Shown here piece by piece: positions 14,678 to 23,996 of a stretch of 64,000 nt of DNA. Each line of letters opens with the position of its first letter. Positions within the stretch are counted from its first letter, which is position 1. The notes under the pieces are model-generated. The model was not told the origin of the DNA. It worked only from the letters and a program-made list of their open reading frames with translations, and made no database searches. Source of the DNA: Candidatus Parcubacteria bacterium (lineage in GTDB: Bacteria; Patescibacteriota; Minisyncoccia; UBA6257; 2-01-FULL-56-20); assembly GCA_027324805.1 (NCBI GenBank), contig DAHVRZ010000002.1, positions 85,658-149,657 of the forward strand. Reading direction: 5' to 3'. Made by a program: the position numbers and the translations under genes.

Positions 14678-14725
14678 GCCAAAGTGTGCATAACTGCCGA
14701 AAAGGAATTTATCCACACTTTGGCA
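14678..14725. repeat. 11-bp perfect inverted repeat GCCAAAGTGTG ... CACACTTTGGC (26-nt spacer) in operon leader
   Basis: Seen directly in the sequence at 14678..14688 and 14715..14725. Confidence 0.6.
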
Positions 14726-14743
14726 TTGGAAACAAAAACCGAA

Positions 14744-14852
14744 AGGGGCAAATATAAATACAGACTACACAGAAAGGAAGACGAGGAACTACAGAAAAAC
14801 GAGGAAGGGGCAAATCTTAATTAATTAAGAAATTAATTATATATTTGCCCCT
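14744..14852. repeat. Three AGGGGCAAAT boxes: direct at 14744..14753 and 14806..14815, inverted at 14843..14852 (next to a candidate -10 TATAAT at 14836..14841 on the minus strand)
   Basis: Seen directly in the sequence. The pattern is iteron or operator-like, in an AT-rich stretch of about 270 bp. Confidence 0.55.
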
Positions 14853-14870
14853 ATACAAGATAAAGAAAAA

Positions 14871-14900
14871 TCCGCCTGATATGGACAGGCGGATTTTCTT
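14871..14900 (-). terminator. Rho-independent terminator (TCCGCCTG-loop-CAGGCGGA + T-tract) after the winged-helix regulator gene
   Basis: An 8-bp GC-rich stem with a T-tract on the minus strand. It has an A-tract on the other side and may work in both directions. Confidence 0.6.
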
Positions 14901-14911
14901 GGAGCGTACCG

Positions 14912-15223
14912 TTAAAACTTGATCCGGTAGTAGGTCGCCTTCTTGAAAAAGCCTGATCCTTTTTTTGGATCTTTGAAGGTCGTTGTCCATTGCTGCAAAA
15001 ATCCTTTTTTGACGAGGATATTTTTTGCGATTCGGGCACCTTTGTAACTCATCCCAAGTTTCAATGCTATTTTCTGGAGCTCGACAATTTTTGGCACGCG
15101 GATGTTACCGATCTCCTCGACGAACGCCTGGTATACGCGCGTTTGCCTATCCGTGAGCCGCCGCAGTAGCACGGATCGCGTGGCCGCGCTCGACACTTCG
15201 CCGAGAGGGATAAATCCTTCCAT
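14912..15223 (-). CDS. Winged-helix transcriptional regulator (TrmB/MarR-like wHTH), 103 aa
   Basis: LTDRQTRVYQAFVEE...IVELQKIALKLGMSYKGARIAKNILVKKGFL matches the wHTH pattern. The gene lies between the rplK terminator and the leader of the peptide/pilin operon. Confidence 0.5.
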   Translation of the reverse strand: MEGFIPLGEVSSAATRSVLLRRLTDRQTRVYQAFVEEIGNIRVPKIVELQKIALKLGMSYKGARIAKNILVKKGFLQQWTTTFKDPKKGSGFFKKATYYRIKF

Positions 15224-15408
15224 GATTTTTTGGCGTTATCGCCCTTGCACACGCACGACAAAGGATGGGGATCAGCTCCCCCTCTCTGCCGAAGTGATAA
15301 ATCTTGCGACACCGACGATCGCATCGCGCGCATGTTTCCCAACGGGAAAATCGTTTTCTGTCCTTTTGCATCTCATAGGGGCGATTATTTTTCCGACCTT
15401 TGGATGCA

Positions 15409-15436
15409 ACAAAAAACCAGTCAGTAATGACTGGTT
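15409..15436 (-). terminator. Rho-independent terminator of rplK: 9-bp stem AACCAGTCA/TGACTGGTT with GTAA (GNRA) tetraloop + T-tract
   Basis: Seen directly in the sequence, 65 nt downstream of the rplK stop. Confidence 0.6.
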
Positions 15437-15500
15437 TCCGCCGGAGTACCCAATGATAATTTTTGGGAAACTCCGATTTTTACAGACTTTTTAGATTACG

Positions 15501-15926
15501 TTAGCCCTCAACAGTGATTCCCATATTCTTCGCGGTACCCGCAATGATGCGCTCCGCCGCGTCGAGATTGTCCGTATTGAGGTCCGGCAGTTTGCGCTCC
15601 GCGATCTTGCGGACATCCGCTTTTGTGACCGTTCCCACTTTGCTCTTCAAGGAATCCGCAGCACCTTTCTCAATATGCGCAGCTTGTTTAAGGAGCGCTG
15701 ATGCCGGCGGGGTCTTCAGAATGAAAGAGAATGAACGATCCTCATAGATCGTTATCTCCGCAGGAACCACGTCGCCCTTCATATCCTTTGTGGCGTCGTT
15801 GAACTGTTTGCAGAACTCCTGGATGTTGATGCCCTGGGGACCGAGCGCGGTACCCACCGGAGGCGCAGGATTCGCGCCGCCCGCGGGGAGTTGGAGCTTC
15901 AAGACGGTTTTAATCTTCTTGGCCAT
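15501..15926 (-). CDS. rplK: 50S ribosomal protein L11
   Basis: [43 protein letters not shown] is a canonical L11 N-terminus. The length is 141 aa. Confidence 0.95.
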   Translation of the reverse strand: MAKKIKTVLKLQLPAGGANPAPPVGTALGPQGINIQEFCKQFNDATKDMKGDVVPAEITIYEDRSFSFILKTPPASALLKQAAHIEKGAADSLKSKVGTVTKADVRKIAERKLPDLNTDNLDAAERIIAGTAKNMGITVEG

Positions 15927-16004
15927 GGTATTTGATAACGTAAGGTATAATAACCGATATTTTCGGTTTAAGCAAGAGCATGCAACGACGTGCTTATTCT
16001 CCTC

Positions 16005-16520
16005 TTAAAACGGGATATCCTCCGGTTTTATCTCTTCGTCTTCAAGGTTGATCACGGGGATATCGTCCAGCGACGGCGTATCGGTACCCTTTGATGCATC
16101 GCTGCCCGGCTGCGCCCCGCCGGCGGGAGCACCTGCCCCTGCACCGCCGCGAAAGCCGCCTCCCTGCCCTCCCCCCCCGCCAGGGCCGCCCATCGGACGC
16201 GGACCGAGTTGGAAGCGCTCACACATAATCTCCGTCGTTTTGCGCTGCTGACCCTGCTTGTCGGTCCAACTGCGCGTCTGAAGGCGCCCTTCGACGAGCA
16301 CCGTCGATCCTTTTGTAAGATATTGCCCGGCAATCTCGGCTTGGCGACCCCAGATCACGACATTATGAAACTCGGTCTCCTCCTGTCGGGCGCCCGCCTT
16401 GTCGGTCCAGGTGCGGTTCGTGGCGACGCCTATCGTGACGACCGACTGGCCGCCCGGGGTCGTACGAAGCTGGGGATCCGCCGTCACGCGGCCTACGATA
16501 ATAGCTTTATTGAAATCCAT
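16005..16520 (-). CDS. ssb: Single-stranded DNA-binding protein
   Basis: An OB-fold N-terminus, a Gly-rich linker and the acidic C-terminal tail ...DDIPF. Confidence 0.9.
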   Translation of the reverse strand: MDFNKAIIVGRVTADPQLRTTPGGQSVVTIGVATNRTWTDKAGARQEETEFHNVVIWGRQAEIAGQYLTKGSTVLVEGRLQTRSWTDKQGQQRKTTEIMCERFQLGPRPMGGPGGGGGQGGGFRGGAGAGAPAGGAQPGSDASKGTDTPSLDDIPVINLEDEEIKPEDIPF

Positions 16521-16609
16521 GAGATAAGTGAGGGTTATTGGTTTTGTTCGACCCCTTTATGCTACCACTATACGCTAAAATTTCCCTTAGGAAAAGGTGA
16601 GTCTCCGAT

Positions 16610-16636
16610 AAAACAAAACAGCCCCTTGCGGGGCCG
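16610..16636 (-). terminator. Rho-independent terminator after rpsF (GCCCC-GCAA-GGGGC hairpin + TGTTTTGTTTT)
   Basis: Seen directly in the sequence. The same hairpin core recurs at 30741..30754. Confidence 0.55.
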
Positions 16637-16645
16637 TTTTCCTCA

Positions 16646-17116
16646 TTATCCGAGTATCTCTTCGAGCTTCTTTTCGAGTGCCTCGTTGCTGAGCGGCTTC
16701 GGCGCCGCGGGGCGCGGCTCGGCCGCAGGACGCGTCGCGGAAGGCGAATAGCGTTCCACCGGCGCGGAACCGGGAATGCCTTTGGTAGACGCAACACGGA
16801 GCGAAGGCTTCGGAAGCTTGACGACAAGGGAGCGCAGAACGTCGGCACGGAGGCCGAGATCGTGCTCGAGCGCCTTCACTTCATCGCCGTAGGCTTTGAA
16901 TGTGACGCTTGCGAAAACGCCTTCCTTGTGACCCTTGACCTCATATGCCATGGCGAGCCGCTTGGCGCGCGCCTCTGACGTGATTTCTACCTTATGTTCC
17001 GCGAGGAGCGCAATCACGCCCGGAAGATCCTCCTCCTGGCGGATCAGAATGCCGAGCTCGTATTCCTTTTTATCCTTTTCTTCGTTGGTCATATGGATGA
17101 AAGCAACGTTGGTCAT
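16646..17116 (-). CDS. rpsF: 30S ribosomal protein S6 with Pro/Ala-rich C-terminal extension
   Basis: YELGILIRQE...KRLAMAYEVKG...LEHDLGLRADVLRSLVVKL matches the S6 pattern. Linkage to ssb is conserved. Confidence 0.75.
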   Translation of the reverse strand: MTNVAFIHMTNEEKDKKEYELGILIRQEEDLPGVIALLAEHKVEITSEARAKRLAMAYEVKGHKEGVFASVTFKAYGDEVKALEHDLGLRADVLRSLVVKLPKPSLRVASTKGIPGSAPVERYSPSATRPAAEPRPAAPKPLSNEALEKKLEEILG

Positions 17117-17162
17117 TGTACCCGAAGCGGAACGGAATGTCCAGCACGGGCGTCATTCTTTT

Positions 17163-20100
17163 TTAGGCACTCGCTTCGGCCATTTCTTCCTCTTCCTGGA
17201 TCTCTCCTTCGTGGAGGATCACATCGGGCGAAAGGTCCTGCTTACCCGCAGGGATGAGCCGCCCGATAATGACATTTTCCTTGAGACCGCGAAGTTTATC
17301 GATCTTGCCCTCAATGGCGGCCTTCACGAGCACGCGCGAGGTATCCTGGAAGGATGCCGCAGAAAGGAACGACTCTGCAGAAAGCGCGATGCGCGTAATG
17401 CCAAGGAGCGTCTCATCCGCCTTCGCAGGCTTGCCGCCTTCCTTCTTGATCAGGCGGTTCACCTCAAGGAAGCGGGACTTCTCGACGATCTCGCCCATCA
17501 CAAAGTCCGGCGCGTCGCCCGCCTCGCGGATCTTCACGCGCGAGAACATCTGCCGCACGATCATTTCAATATGCTTGTTGTTGATGGAAGCGCCTTCCGA
17601 AGCGTAGATCTTCTGCACCTCGTTCACGATATACCGGCCCACCGCCGTCATTCCCCTGTGCTCGTAGAGCTCATGGATGTCGAGGTTACCTTCCGAAAGA
17701 CGGTCACCCTTCGTCACCTTGTCGCCCGCCTGCATGAAGAGCACCGTGCCGCGGGGTACGCTCACGTCCGTCGCCTTGCCTTTCTTGCCCTCGGGGATGA
17801 AGCGCACCACCTTGAGCGTGCCCTTCTCCTCGATCTTGTCCACTACCCCGTCGAAGGGAGCCAGGATGGCTCGTCCCTTCGGGGCACGGGTCTCGAAGAT
17901 CTCCTCCACGCGAGGGAGACCGTGCGTGATGTCGGCACCGGCGACGCCTCCCTGGTGGAAGGTACGCATGGTGAGCTGGGTGCCCGGTTCGCCGATGGAC
18001 TGTGCAGCGAGCACGCCCACCGCAGTACCCAGGGCCACCTTCTTGTTGCTGCTAAGGTCCAAACCATAACATTTGGCACAAATACCGTAGAAGGTCTTGC
18101 AGGTGATCGGCGAACGCACGATGACGCTCTCCACCTTTTCAGCCGCATCGATCGCCTCGGCGATCTCGTGGTCGATCGTTTCGCCCGCGCGGATGAGTAT
18201 CTTGTTCCCCGACTTCACGTCATCAAGCACCGTGCGGGAGAAAAGCCTTGACGCAAAGCTCTGATTGAACTCCTTGCCGTCGGCGCGCGAGATCTCGATG
18301 CCTTCCTTCGTGTGGCAGTCATCCTCGCGGATCGTAAGGTCCTGCGCAACATCCACGAGGCGTCGCGTAAGATAGCCGGCCTGTGCGGTCTTGAGCGCCG
18401 TGTCGGTCGTACCTTTGCGGGCGGCGTGGGTCATAATGAAGTACTCCAGAATGGAAAGGCCTTCTTTGAACGATGCCTTGATCGGGAGCTCGATCGTCTC
18501 GCCTTTCGGGTTCTGCACGAGACCCTTCATACCCATCATCTGAATCGGCTGGGACCATGAACCGCGGGACCCGGAATTGACGATCTGATAGATCGAGTTG
18601 TCCTCGGGGAAGATGTCCGCGATGAGCTTTGCGAGATCGTTCTTCGTCTTCTCCCACACGCTGATCACGCGCGAGCGGCGCTCGATCGGCGTAAGCAGAC
18701 CTTCCGCGTACTGTTCGTGAATGAGCTCAACCTCTTTGTCCGCTTTCGCCACCATTTCCTTCTTCTGCGGAGGAACGATGAGATCCGCTATTGCCCATGT
18801 GATGCCGGAAGTGGTCGCCATGTCATATCCGAGCTGTTTCACCCTGTCGATGACATCGCGCGTGGCGTCCATGCCGTGCAATTCGAACACGCGGGCGAGG
18901 ATCGCGTTGAGCTTCTTCTTCGTCACGAGATCGTTGTAGAACGGCACGGTACCGTCGAGCGCTTTGTTGAAGATAAGGCGGCCTGCGGTCGTCTCGACGT
19001 CGATCTCCCGTATCCTGAGCGGCGTATGAAGCGTAATCTGTCCGAAATGATACGCGAGCATTACCTCGTCGTAGTCGGTGAACCAGCGGATTGCAGCCCC
19101 TTCGGGAAGCTTCTCTATGCGCGTCATATAGTAGCTGCCGAGCACAACATCATTCCACGGGCCGGGAATGAGGTCACCCGTCGCCGGCTTCAGGAGATTC
19201 TTGCCTGCGGACATAATGTCGCGGGCCTCCTCTTGTGCCGCATCGGAGAGCGGGAGATGCACGGCCATCTGGTCGCCGTCGAAGTCCGCGTTGAATGCGG
19301 CGCAGACGAGCGGCGGAAGCTTGAGCGCAAGACCTTCAACGAGCTGCGGACGGAATGCCTGCACCGAAAGACGGTGGAGCGTCGGCGCGCGATTGAGGAG
19401 CACGTGCTTGTTTTTGATGATCTCTTCGAGGATGGCGAGCACTTCGGATGTGTGCTCTTCCATGAAGCGGGATGCGGAGCGCATGTTGTGCGCAAGTCCG
19501 CGCTTGATGATCTCGCTGATGACGAACGGGCGGAAAAGTTCGAGGCCCATGCGCTTCGGGATGCCCATCTCGTCGATCTTAAGCTTCGGACCGACCACGA
19601 TCACGGAGCGGCCGGAATAATCCACGCGTTTGCCGAGCAGGTTCTGACGGAAGCGGCCCTGTTTGCCCTTGAGCATGTCGGCGAGCGAACGGAGCGGACG
19701 GCGCTGTGCGGACATCTGCTGGGTGCCGAAGCGCGCCGAGTTGTCGATGAGCGCGTCCACCGCCTCCTGGAGCATGCGCTTCTCGTTGCGAACGATGACG
19801 TCCGGCGCCTTGATCTCAAGGAGTTTCTTCAGGCGGTTATTGCGGTTGATGACGCGGCGATAAAGGTCGTTGAGGTCCGAGGTCGCATAGCGGCCGCCGT
19901 CGAGCGCCACCATCGGACGAAGGTCCGGCGGGAGCACCGGGAGCATGGTCATGATCATCCATTCCGGGCGCTGGCCGTTGCGGACCATGGACTTGAACAT
20001 CTTGAGGCGGCGGAGCAGCTTCGACTGCGCCATCGGGTCGCGGGCGCCTTCGAGTTCCTTCTCGATTCCGACGATCTCCTTCTTGAGGTCCATCTTGTCG

Positions 20101-23100
20101 AGGATCTGCTGGACCGCTTCGGCGCCGCTCGAAGCCTTGAAGATATTGCCGAACTTGCGCGAAAGCGTGAAATATTCGTTCTCCGAGAGGATCTGGCCGA
20201 TGCGGAGCTTCTCGAGATACTCCTTCGTGGTGTCGGCGGCCTCCATGATCTCCCCTTTCACCTCCTTGTCCTTGTTGCCGACGGTCTTCAGCTTGCCCTT
20301 CAGCTCGCGCTCCAATTCCTCGAGCGCGGCCTTGCGGTTCTCTTCTTTTATCTCGGTAATGATATATGCGGAATAGTAGATGACGCGCTCAAGCTTCTGT
20401 GCAGACACATCGAGCGCGAGCGAAAGCCGCGACGGGATGCTCTTGAGGAACCAGATGTGCGAAACCGGCGTCGCAAGCGCGATATGGCCGATGCGTTCGC
20501 GGCGGACGGCCGCGCGCGTCACTTCGACGCCGCACTTGTCGCAGACCACGCCTTTATAGCGGATCCTGCGATATTTACCGCAGTAGCACTCATAATCCTT
20601 CGTGGGACCGAAGATGCGCTCGCTAAAGAGGCCGTCCTTCTCCGGACGCTGGGTGCGGTAGTTGATGGTCTCCGGCTTCGTGACCTCGCCGTGCGACCAG
20701 CGGAGAATATCCTCCGGCGACGCAACGCTTATCTTGAGCGCCGAGAAATTGTCCTTGCGCTCCGCTTCCGATTCATAGAGCGGCTGAATGTTGAAGCCGA
20801 GCGATTTGAGTTCGTTCACGAGCACATTGAACGACGCAGGGACATTCGGCTCCTTGATCTGTTCGCCGCGGATGATCGATTCGTACGCCGCCGCACGGCC
20901 GACCACGTCGTCGGATTTGATGGTGAGCATCTCCTGGAGCGTATGGCGCGCGCCGTAGCCTTCGAGCGCCCACACTTCCATTTCTCCGAAACGCTGGCCG
21001 CCGAACTGTGCCTTGCCGCCGAGCGGCTGTTGGGTGATCAAAGAGTAAGGACCGATCGAACGCATGTGCGCCTTGTCTTCCACGAGATGGTTCAGTTTGA
21101 GCATGTAGATCTGCCCGACCATGACGCGGTTCTGGAACGCCTCGCCCGTGCGACCGTCAAAAAGCTTCACCTTGCCGTCCTCCGGGAGGCCGGCCTTCCT
21201 GAGCTCTTCGCGGATATCCGCTTCGGTCGCCGAGTCGAGACCCGGCGTGATCGCGCGGTAGCCGAGCCTTTGCGCGGCCCAACCAAGGTGTGTTTCAAGA
21301 ATTTGCCCGAGGTTCATACGGGATACGACGCCAAGCGGGTTCAATATGATGTCCACCGGCGTGCCATCCTCAAGGTACGGCATGTCCTCCACGGAACGCA
21401 CCTGCGAGATGACGCCTTTGTTGCCGTGACGTCCGGCGAGCTTGTCGCCCGCCTGCACCTTGCGGAGCTCGGCGATCTCCACCTGGATGCGGCGGATGAT
21501 GCCCGGCTCGAGCTTATCGCCGCGCTCGCGATCGAATATCTTCACGTTCACGACGCGTCCCACCTTGCCGTGGGGAAGCGTAAGCGACGTATCTTTTACA
21601 TCGCGCGCCTTCTCGCCAAAGATGGCGCGGAGCAGGCGCTCTTCGGATGTAAGCTCGGACTCGCCCTTCGGCGATATCTTGCCGACGAGGATATCCCCCG
21701 CCTTCACCTCCGCGCCGATGCGGACGATGCCTTCCTCATCGAGGTTCTTGAGTTTGTCCTCCGAAACGTTCGGAATATCATAGGTGGTCACTTCGGGACC
21801 GAGCTTCGTGTCGCGCACATCGCAGGAATATTCGTCGATGTGGATCGAGGTAAAACGGTCCTGCTGGACGACACGCTCGGAGATGATGATGGCGTCCTCG
21901 AAGTTCGCGCCCTCCCATGAAACAAAGGATACGAGGAGGTTCTGGCCGAGCGCGAGGATGCCGTTTTCGATGGACGGACCGTCCGCGAGGATCTGGCCTT
22001 TCTTCACCGTTTCGCCGCGCACCACAAGCGGCTTCTGCGAGATGCAGGTGAACTGGTTGGAACGCTTGAACTTCTCGAGAATGTAGGTCTTGGTCGCCTT
22101 TTCGTACTTCACTTTGATATGACTGCCATCGGCCTCCATCACCTCCCCCGATCCTTCCGCGAGAATGACGTATCCCGAATCGAGCGCCACTTTCTCTTCC
22201 TGGCCGGTCGAGACGTACGGCGCGTCAGGGCGCACGGACACTACGGCCTGCCGCTGCATGTTCGAACCCATGAGAGCGCGGTTCGCGTCGTCATGCTGGA
22301 GGAACGGGATGAGCGAGGTCGCGACCGAGATGAACTCGTTCGGCGCGATATCGATGAAATCCACTTCGTTCGGCACAACCGTTCCCGGCTCGCCCTTGAT
22401 GCGGGTCTCAAGCGCCGTACCCAAGAGCTTTCCCTTTTCGTCACGCGGCGTGCCCGCGTGCGTGATCTTGTATTTTTCCTCTTCGGAAGCGTCCATCCAG
22501 ACGATCTCGTCCGTCACGACGCCGTTCTTTACGCGCGCGTACGGCGCCTCAAGGAAGCCGAAATCGTTGATGCGGGTATAGCTTGCAAGATAGTTGATAA
22601 GACCCACATTCGAACCTTCCGGCGTCTGAATCGGACAGATGCGGCCGTAATGGGAACGATGCACGTCGCGCACTTCGAACGATGCGCGTTCACGCGTAAG
22701 GCCGCCGGGGCCGAGGGCCGAGATGCGGCGCTTGTGTTCAAGCTCGGCAAGCGGGTTCACCTGGTCCATGAACTGCGAAAGCTGGGACGAGGCGAAGAAT
22801 TCCTTGATGACCGCCGCGATCGGGCGGAAATTCACGAGCTGGGCCGGCTGGAGCGAATCTTTGTCCTCTGTGGACATGCGGTCCTGGATGATGCGGCGGA
22901 GGCGCGCGAGACCGATACGGAGGCGTCCCTGGAGCAGCTCGCCCACCGCCTTCAGGCGGCGGTTGCCGAGATGGTCGATATCATCCGGCTCTGCTTCGGG
23001 TTCGTTGTTCAGTTTGATGATCTCTTTCACGATGGCAATAAGGTCCTCTTTTTCGAGGAGCTTCGTGCTCCGCTTGCGATCCAAATCAAGCCGCTGGTTC

Positions 23101-23915
23101 ATTTTGTAACGGCCGACCTCGGAGAGATCGTAGCGATCGGGGCGCTCGAACATCGCCGCAATGAGGTTGCGCGCGGTCTCGGCATTCGCCGGGTCGCCGG
23201 GACGGAGGCGGCGATAGATCTCGACATACGATTCGTCGGCATCTTTCGCGACGTCCTTCCTGATCGTCGTCTCTATATATTTGATAAGGCCTTCATCCGA
23301 ACCGGCGAACGCCTTTTTGATATCTTCGGTCGTCATGCCGAAGATGCGCAAAAGGTCCGTCACCGGAACTTTGCGGTGGCGGTCGATCTTCACGCTGATC
23401 TCACCGCTGATGTCGGTCTCGAACTCGAGCCACGCACCGCGATTCGGAATGATCTTCGCCCCGAAAAGCTGGTGACCGCGATACGGCACCGAGGTGAAGT
23501 ACACGCCCGGCGAACGGACGAGCTGGGAAACGACGACGCGCTCCACGCCGTTGATGATGAACGTGCCGCGGCCCGTCATGATCGGGAAGTCGCCGAAGTA
23601 GACCTCCTGCTTCATCTCGCGGCCCGTGCGGTTGTTCACAAGACGGAGGGTGCAGCGGAGCGGCGCTTCATAGGTCGCCTCCTTGTAGCGCGCGGTGGTC
23701 TCGTCATATTTCGGCTCATCGAAACGATAGTCCGAAAAATAAAGCTCGAACTCCTTGCCGGTATGGTCGCGGATCGGGGAAATCTCTTCGAGTAATTCAT
23801 TAAGGCCCTTCTTAAGGAACCACTCGTAGGAGTTCAGCTGCGCTTCGTTGAGATTGAACGGCGAGATGAGGGGTTTTGATTTTGCGAAACTCTTTGTGGA
23901 GGCGAATTTGGCCAT
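17163..23915 (-). CDS. rpoBC: DNA-directed RNA polymerase beta-beta' fusion (RpoB fused to RpoC), 2250 aa
   Basis: The N-terminus is RpoB (MAKFASTK...). After about 1100 aa the ORF runs through ...SLGFNIQPLYESEAERKDNFSALKISVASPEDILRWSHGEVTKPETINYRTQRPEKDGLFSERIFGP...YECYCGKYRRIRYKGVVCDKCGVEV, the RpoC N-terminus with its zinc finger, with no stop codon between. Confidence 0.9.
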   Translation of the reverse strand: MAKFASTKSFAKSKPLISPFNLNEAQLNSYEWFLKKGLNELLEEISPIRDHTGKEFELYFSDYRFDEPKYDETTARYKEATYEAPLRCTLRLVNNRTGREMKQEVYFGDFPIMTGRGTFIINGVERVVVSQLVRSPGVYFTSVPYRGHQLFGAKIIPNRGAWLEFETDISGEISVKIDRHRKVPVTDLLRIFGMTTEDIKKAFAGSDEGLIKYIETTIRKDVAKDADESYVEIYRRLRPGDPANAETARNLIAAMFERPDRYDLSEVGRYKMNQRLDLDRKRSTKLLEKEDLIAIVKEIIKLNNEPEAEPDDIDHLGNRRLKAVGELLQGRLRIGLARLRRIIQDRMSTEDKDSLQPAQLVNFRPIAAVIKEFFASSQLSQFMDQVNPLAELEHKRRISALGPGGLTRERASFEVRDVHRSHYGRICPIQTPEGSNVGLINYLASYTRINDFGFLEAPYARVKNGVVTDEIVWMDASEEEKYKITHAGTPRDEKGKLLGTALETRIKGEPGTVVPNEVDFIDIAPNEFISVATSLIPFLQHDDANRALMGSNMQRQAVVSVRPDAPYVSTGQEEKVALDSGYVILAEGSGEVMEADGSHIKVKYEKATKTYILEKFKRSNQFTCISQKPLVVRGETVKKGQILADGPSIENGILALGQNLLVSFVSWEGANFEDAIIISERVVQQDRFTSIHIDEYSCDVRDTKLGPEVTTYDIPNVSEDKLKNLDEEGIVRIGAEVKAGDILVGKISPKGESELTSEERLLRAIFGEKARDVKDTSLTLPHGKVGRVVNVKIFDRERGDKLEPGIIRRIQVEIAELRKVQAGDKLAGRHGNKGVISQVRSVEDMPYLEDGTPVDIILNPLGVVSRMNLGQILETHLGWAAQRLGYRAITPGLDSATEADIREELRKAGLPEDGKVKLFDGRTGEAFQNRVMVGQIYMLKLNHLVEDKAHMRSIGPYSLITQQPLGGKAQFGGQRFGEMEVWALEGYGARHTLQEMLTIKSDDVVGRAAAYESIIRGEQIKEPNVPASFNVLVNELKSLGFNIQPLYESEAERKDNFSALKISVASPEDILRWSHGEVTKPETINYRTQRPEKDGLFSERIFGPTKDYECYCGKYRRIRYKGVVCDKCGVEVTRAAVRRERIGHIALATPVSHIWFLKSIPSRLSLALDVSAQKLERVIYYSAYIITEIKEENRKAALEELERELKGKLKTVGNKDKEVKGEIMEAADTTKEYLEKLRIGQILSENEYFTLSRKFGNIFKASSGAEAVQQILDKMDLKKEIVGIEKELEGARDPMAQSKLLRRLKMFKSMVRNGQRPEWMIMTMLPVLPPDLRPMVALDGGRYATSDLNDLYRRVINRNNRLKKLLEIKAPDVIVRNEKRMLQEAVDALIDNSARFGTQQMSAQRRPLRSLADMLKGKQGRFRQNLLGKRVDYSGRSVIVVGPKLKIDEMGIPKRMGLELFRPFVISEIIKRGLAHNMRSASRFMEEHTSEVLAILEEIIKNKHVLLNRAPTLHRLSVQAFRPQLVEGLALKLPPLVCAAFNADFDGDQMAVHLPLSDAAQEEARDIMSAGKNLLKPATGDLIPGPWNDVVLGSYYMTRIEKLPEGAAIRWFTDYDEVMLAYHFGQITLHTPLRIREIDVETTAGRLIFNKALDGTVPFYNDLVTKKKLNAILARVFELHGMDATRDVIDRVKQLGYDMATTSGITWAIADLIVPPQKKEMVAKADKEVELIHEQYAEGLLTPIERRSRVISVWEKTKNDLAKLIADIFPEDNSIYQIVNSGSRGSWSQPIQMMGMKGLVQNPKGETIELPIKASFKEGLSILEYFIMTHAARKGTTDTALKTAQAGYLTRRLVDVAQDLTIREDDCHTKEGIEISRADGKEFNQSFASRLFSRTVLDDVKSGNKILIRAGETIDHEIAEAIDAAEKVESVIVRSPITCKTFYGICAKCYGLDLSSNKKVALGTAVGVLAAQSIGEPGTQLTMRTFHQGGVAGADITHGLPRVEEIFETRAPKGRAILAPFDGVVDKIEEKGTLKVVRFIPEGKKGKATDVSVPRGTVLFMQAGDKVTKGDRLSEGNLDIHELYEHRGMTAVGRYIVNEVQKIYASEGASINNKHIEMIVRQMFSRVKIREAGDAPDFVMGEIVEKSRFLEVNRLIKKEGGKPAKADETLLGITRIALSAESFLSAASFQDTSRVLVKAAIEGKIDKLRGLKENVIIGRLIPAGKQDLSPDVILHEGEIQEEEEMAEASA

Positions 23916-23996
23916 AGTTATTAAAAGGTTTATTTTGTCAACACCCCAACGCGCAAAAAACGGCCTATCCCTTCTTTGTTTTCTCGAGGGATTCCG

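Noticed and set aside
15147-15371. 74-aa ORF with C-x2-C…C-x2-C zinc-ribbon-like pattern overlapping the wHTH gene start
   Set aside because: No room for its own promoter, because the rplK terminator ends 37 nt upstream. Its Cys/Arg-rich composition is typical of GC-rich phantom ORFs. It is kept only as a possible frameshifted N-terminus (see findings).
18717-21920. 1067-aa + strand ORF, and many other long Arg/Ala/His-rich ORFs antisense to rpoBC, GH130, the ABC transporter and the helicase
   Set aside because: These lie entirely inside and antisense to well-supported conserved genes. Their composition is Arg/Cys/His-rich low-complexity sequence, typical of open antisense frames in ~60% GC DNA. 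No motifs were found.
23916-23996. TTGACA hexamer upstream of rpoBC
   Set aside because: No acceptable -10 element at 16-18-nt spacing could be identified, so a promoter call would be guesswork.
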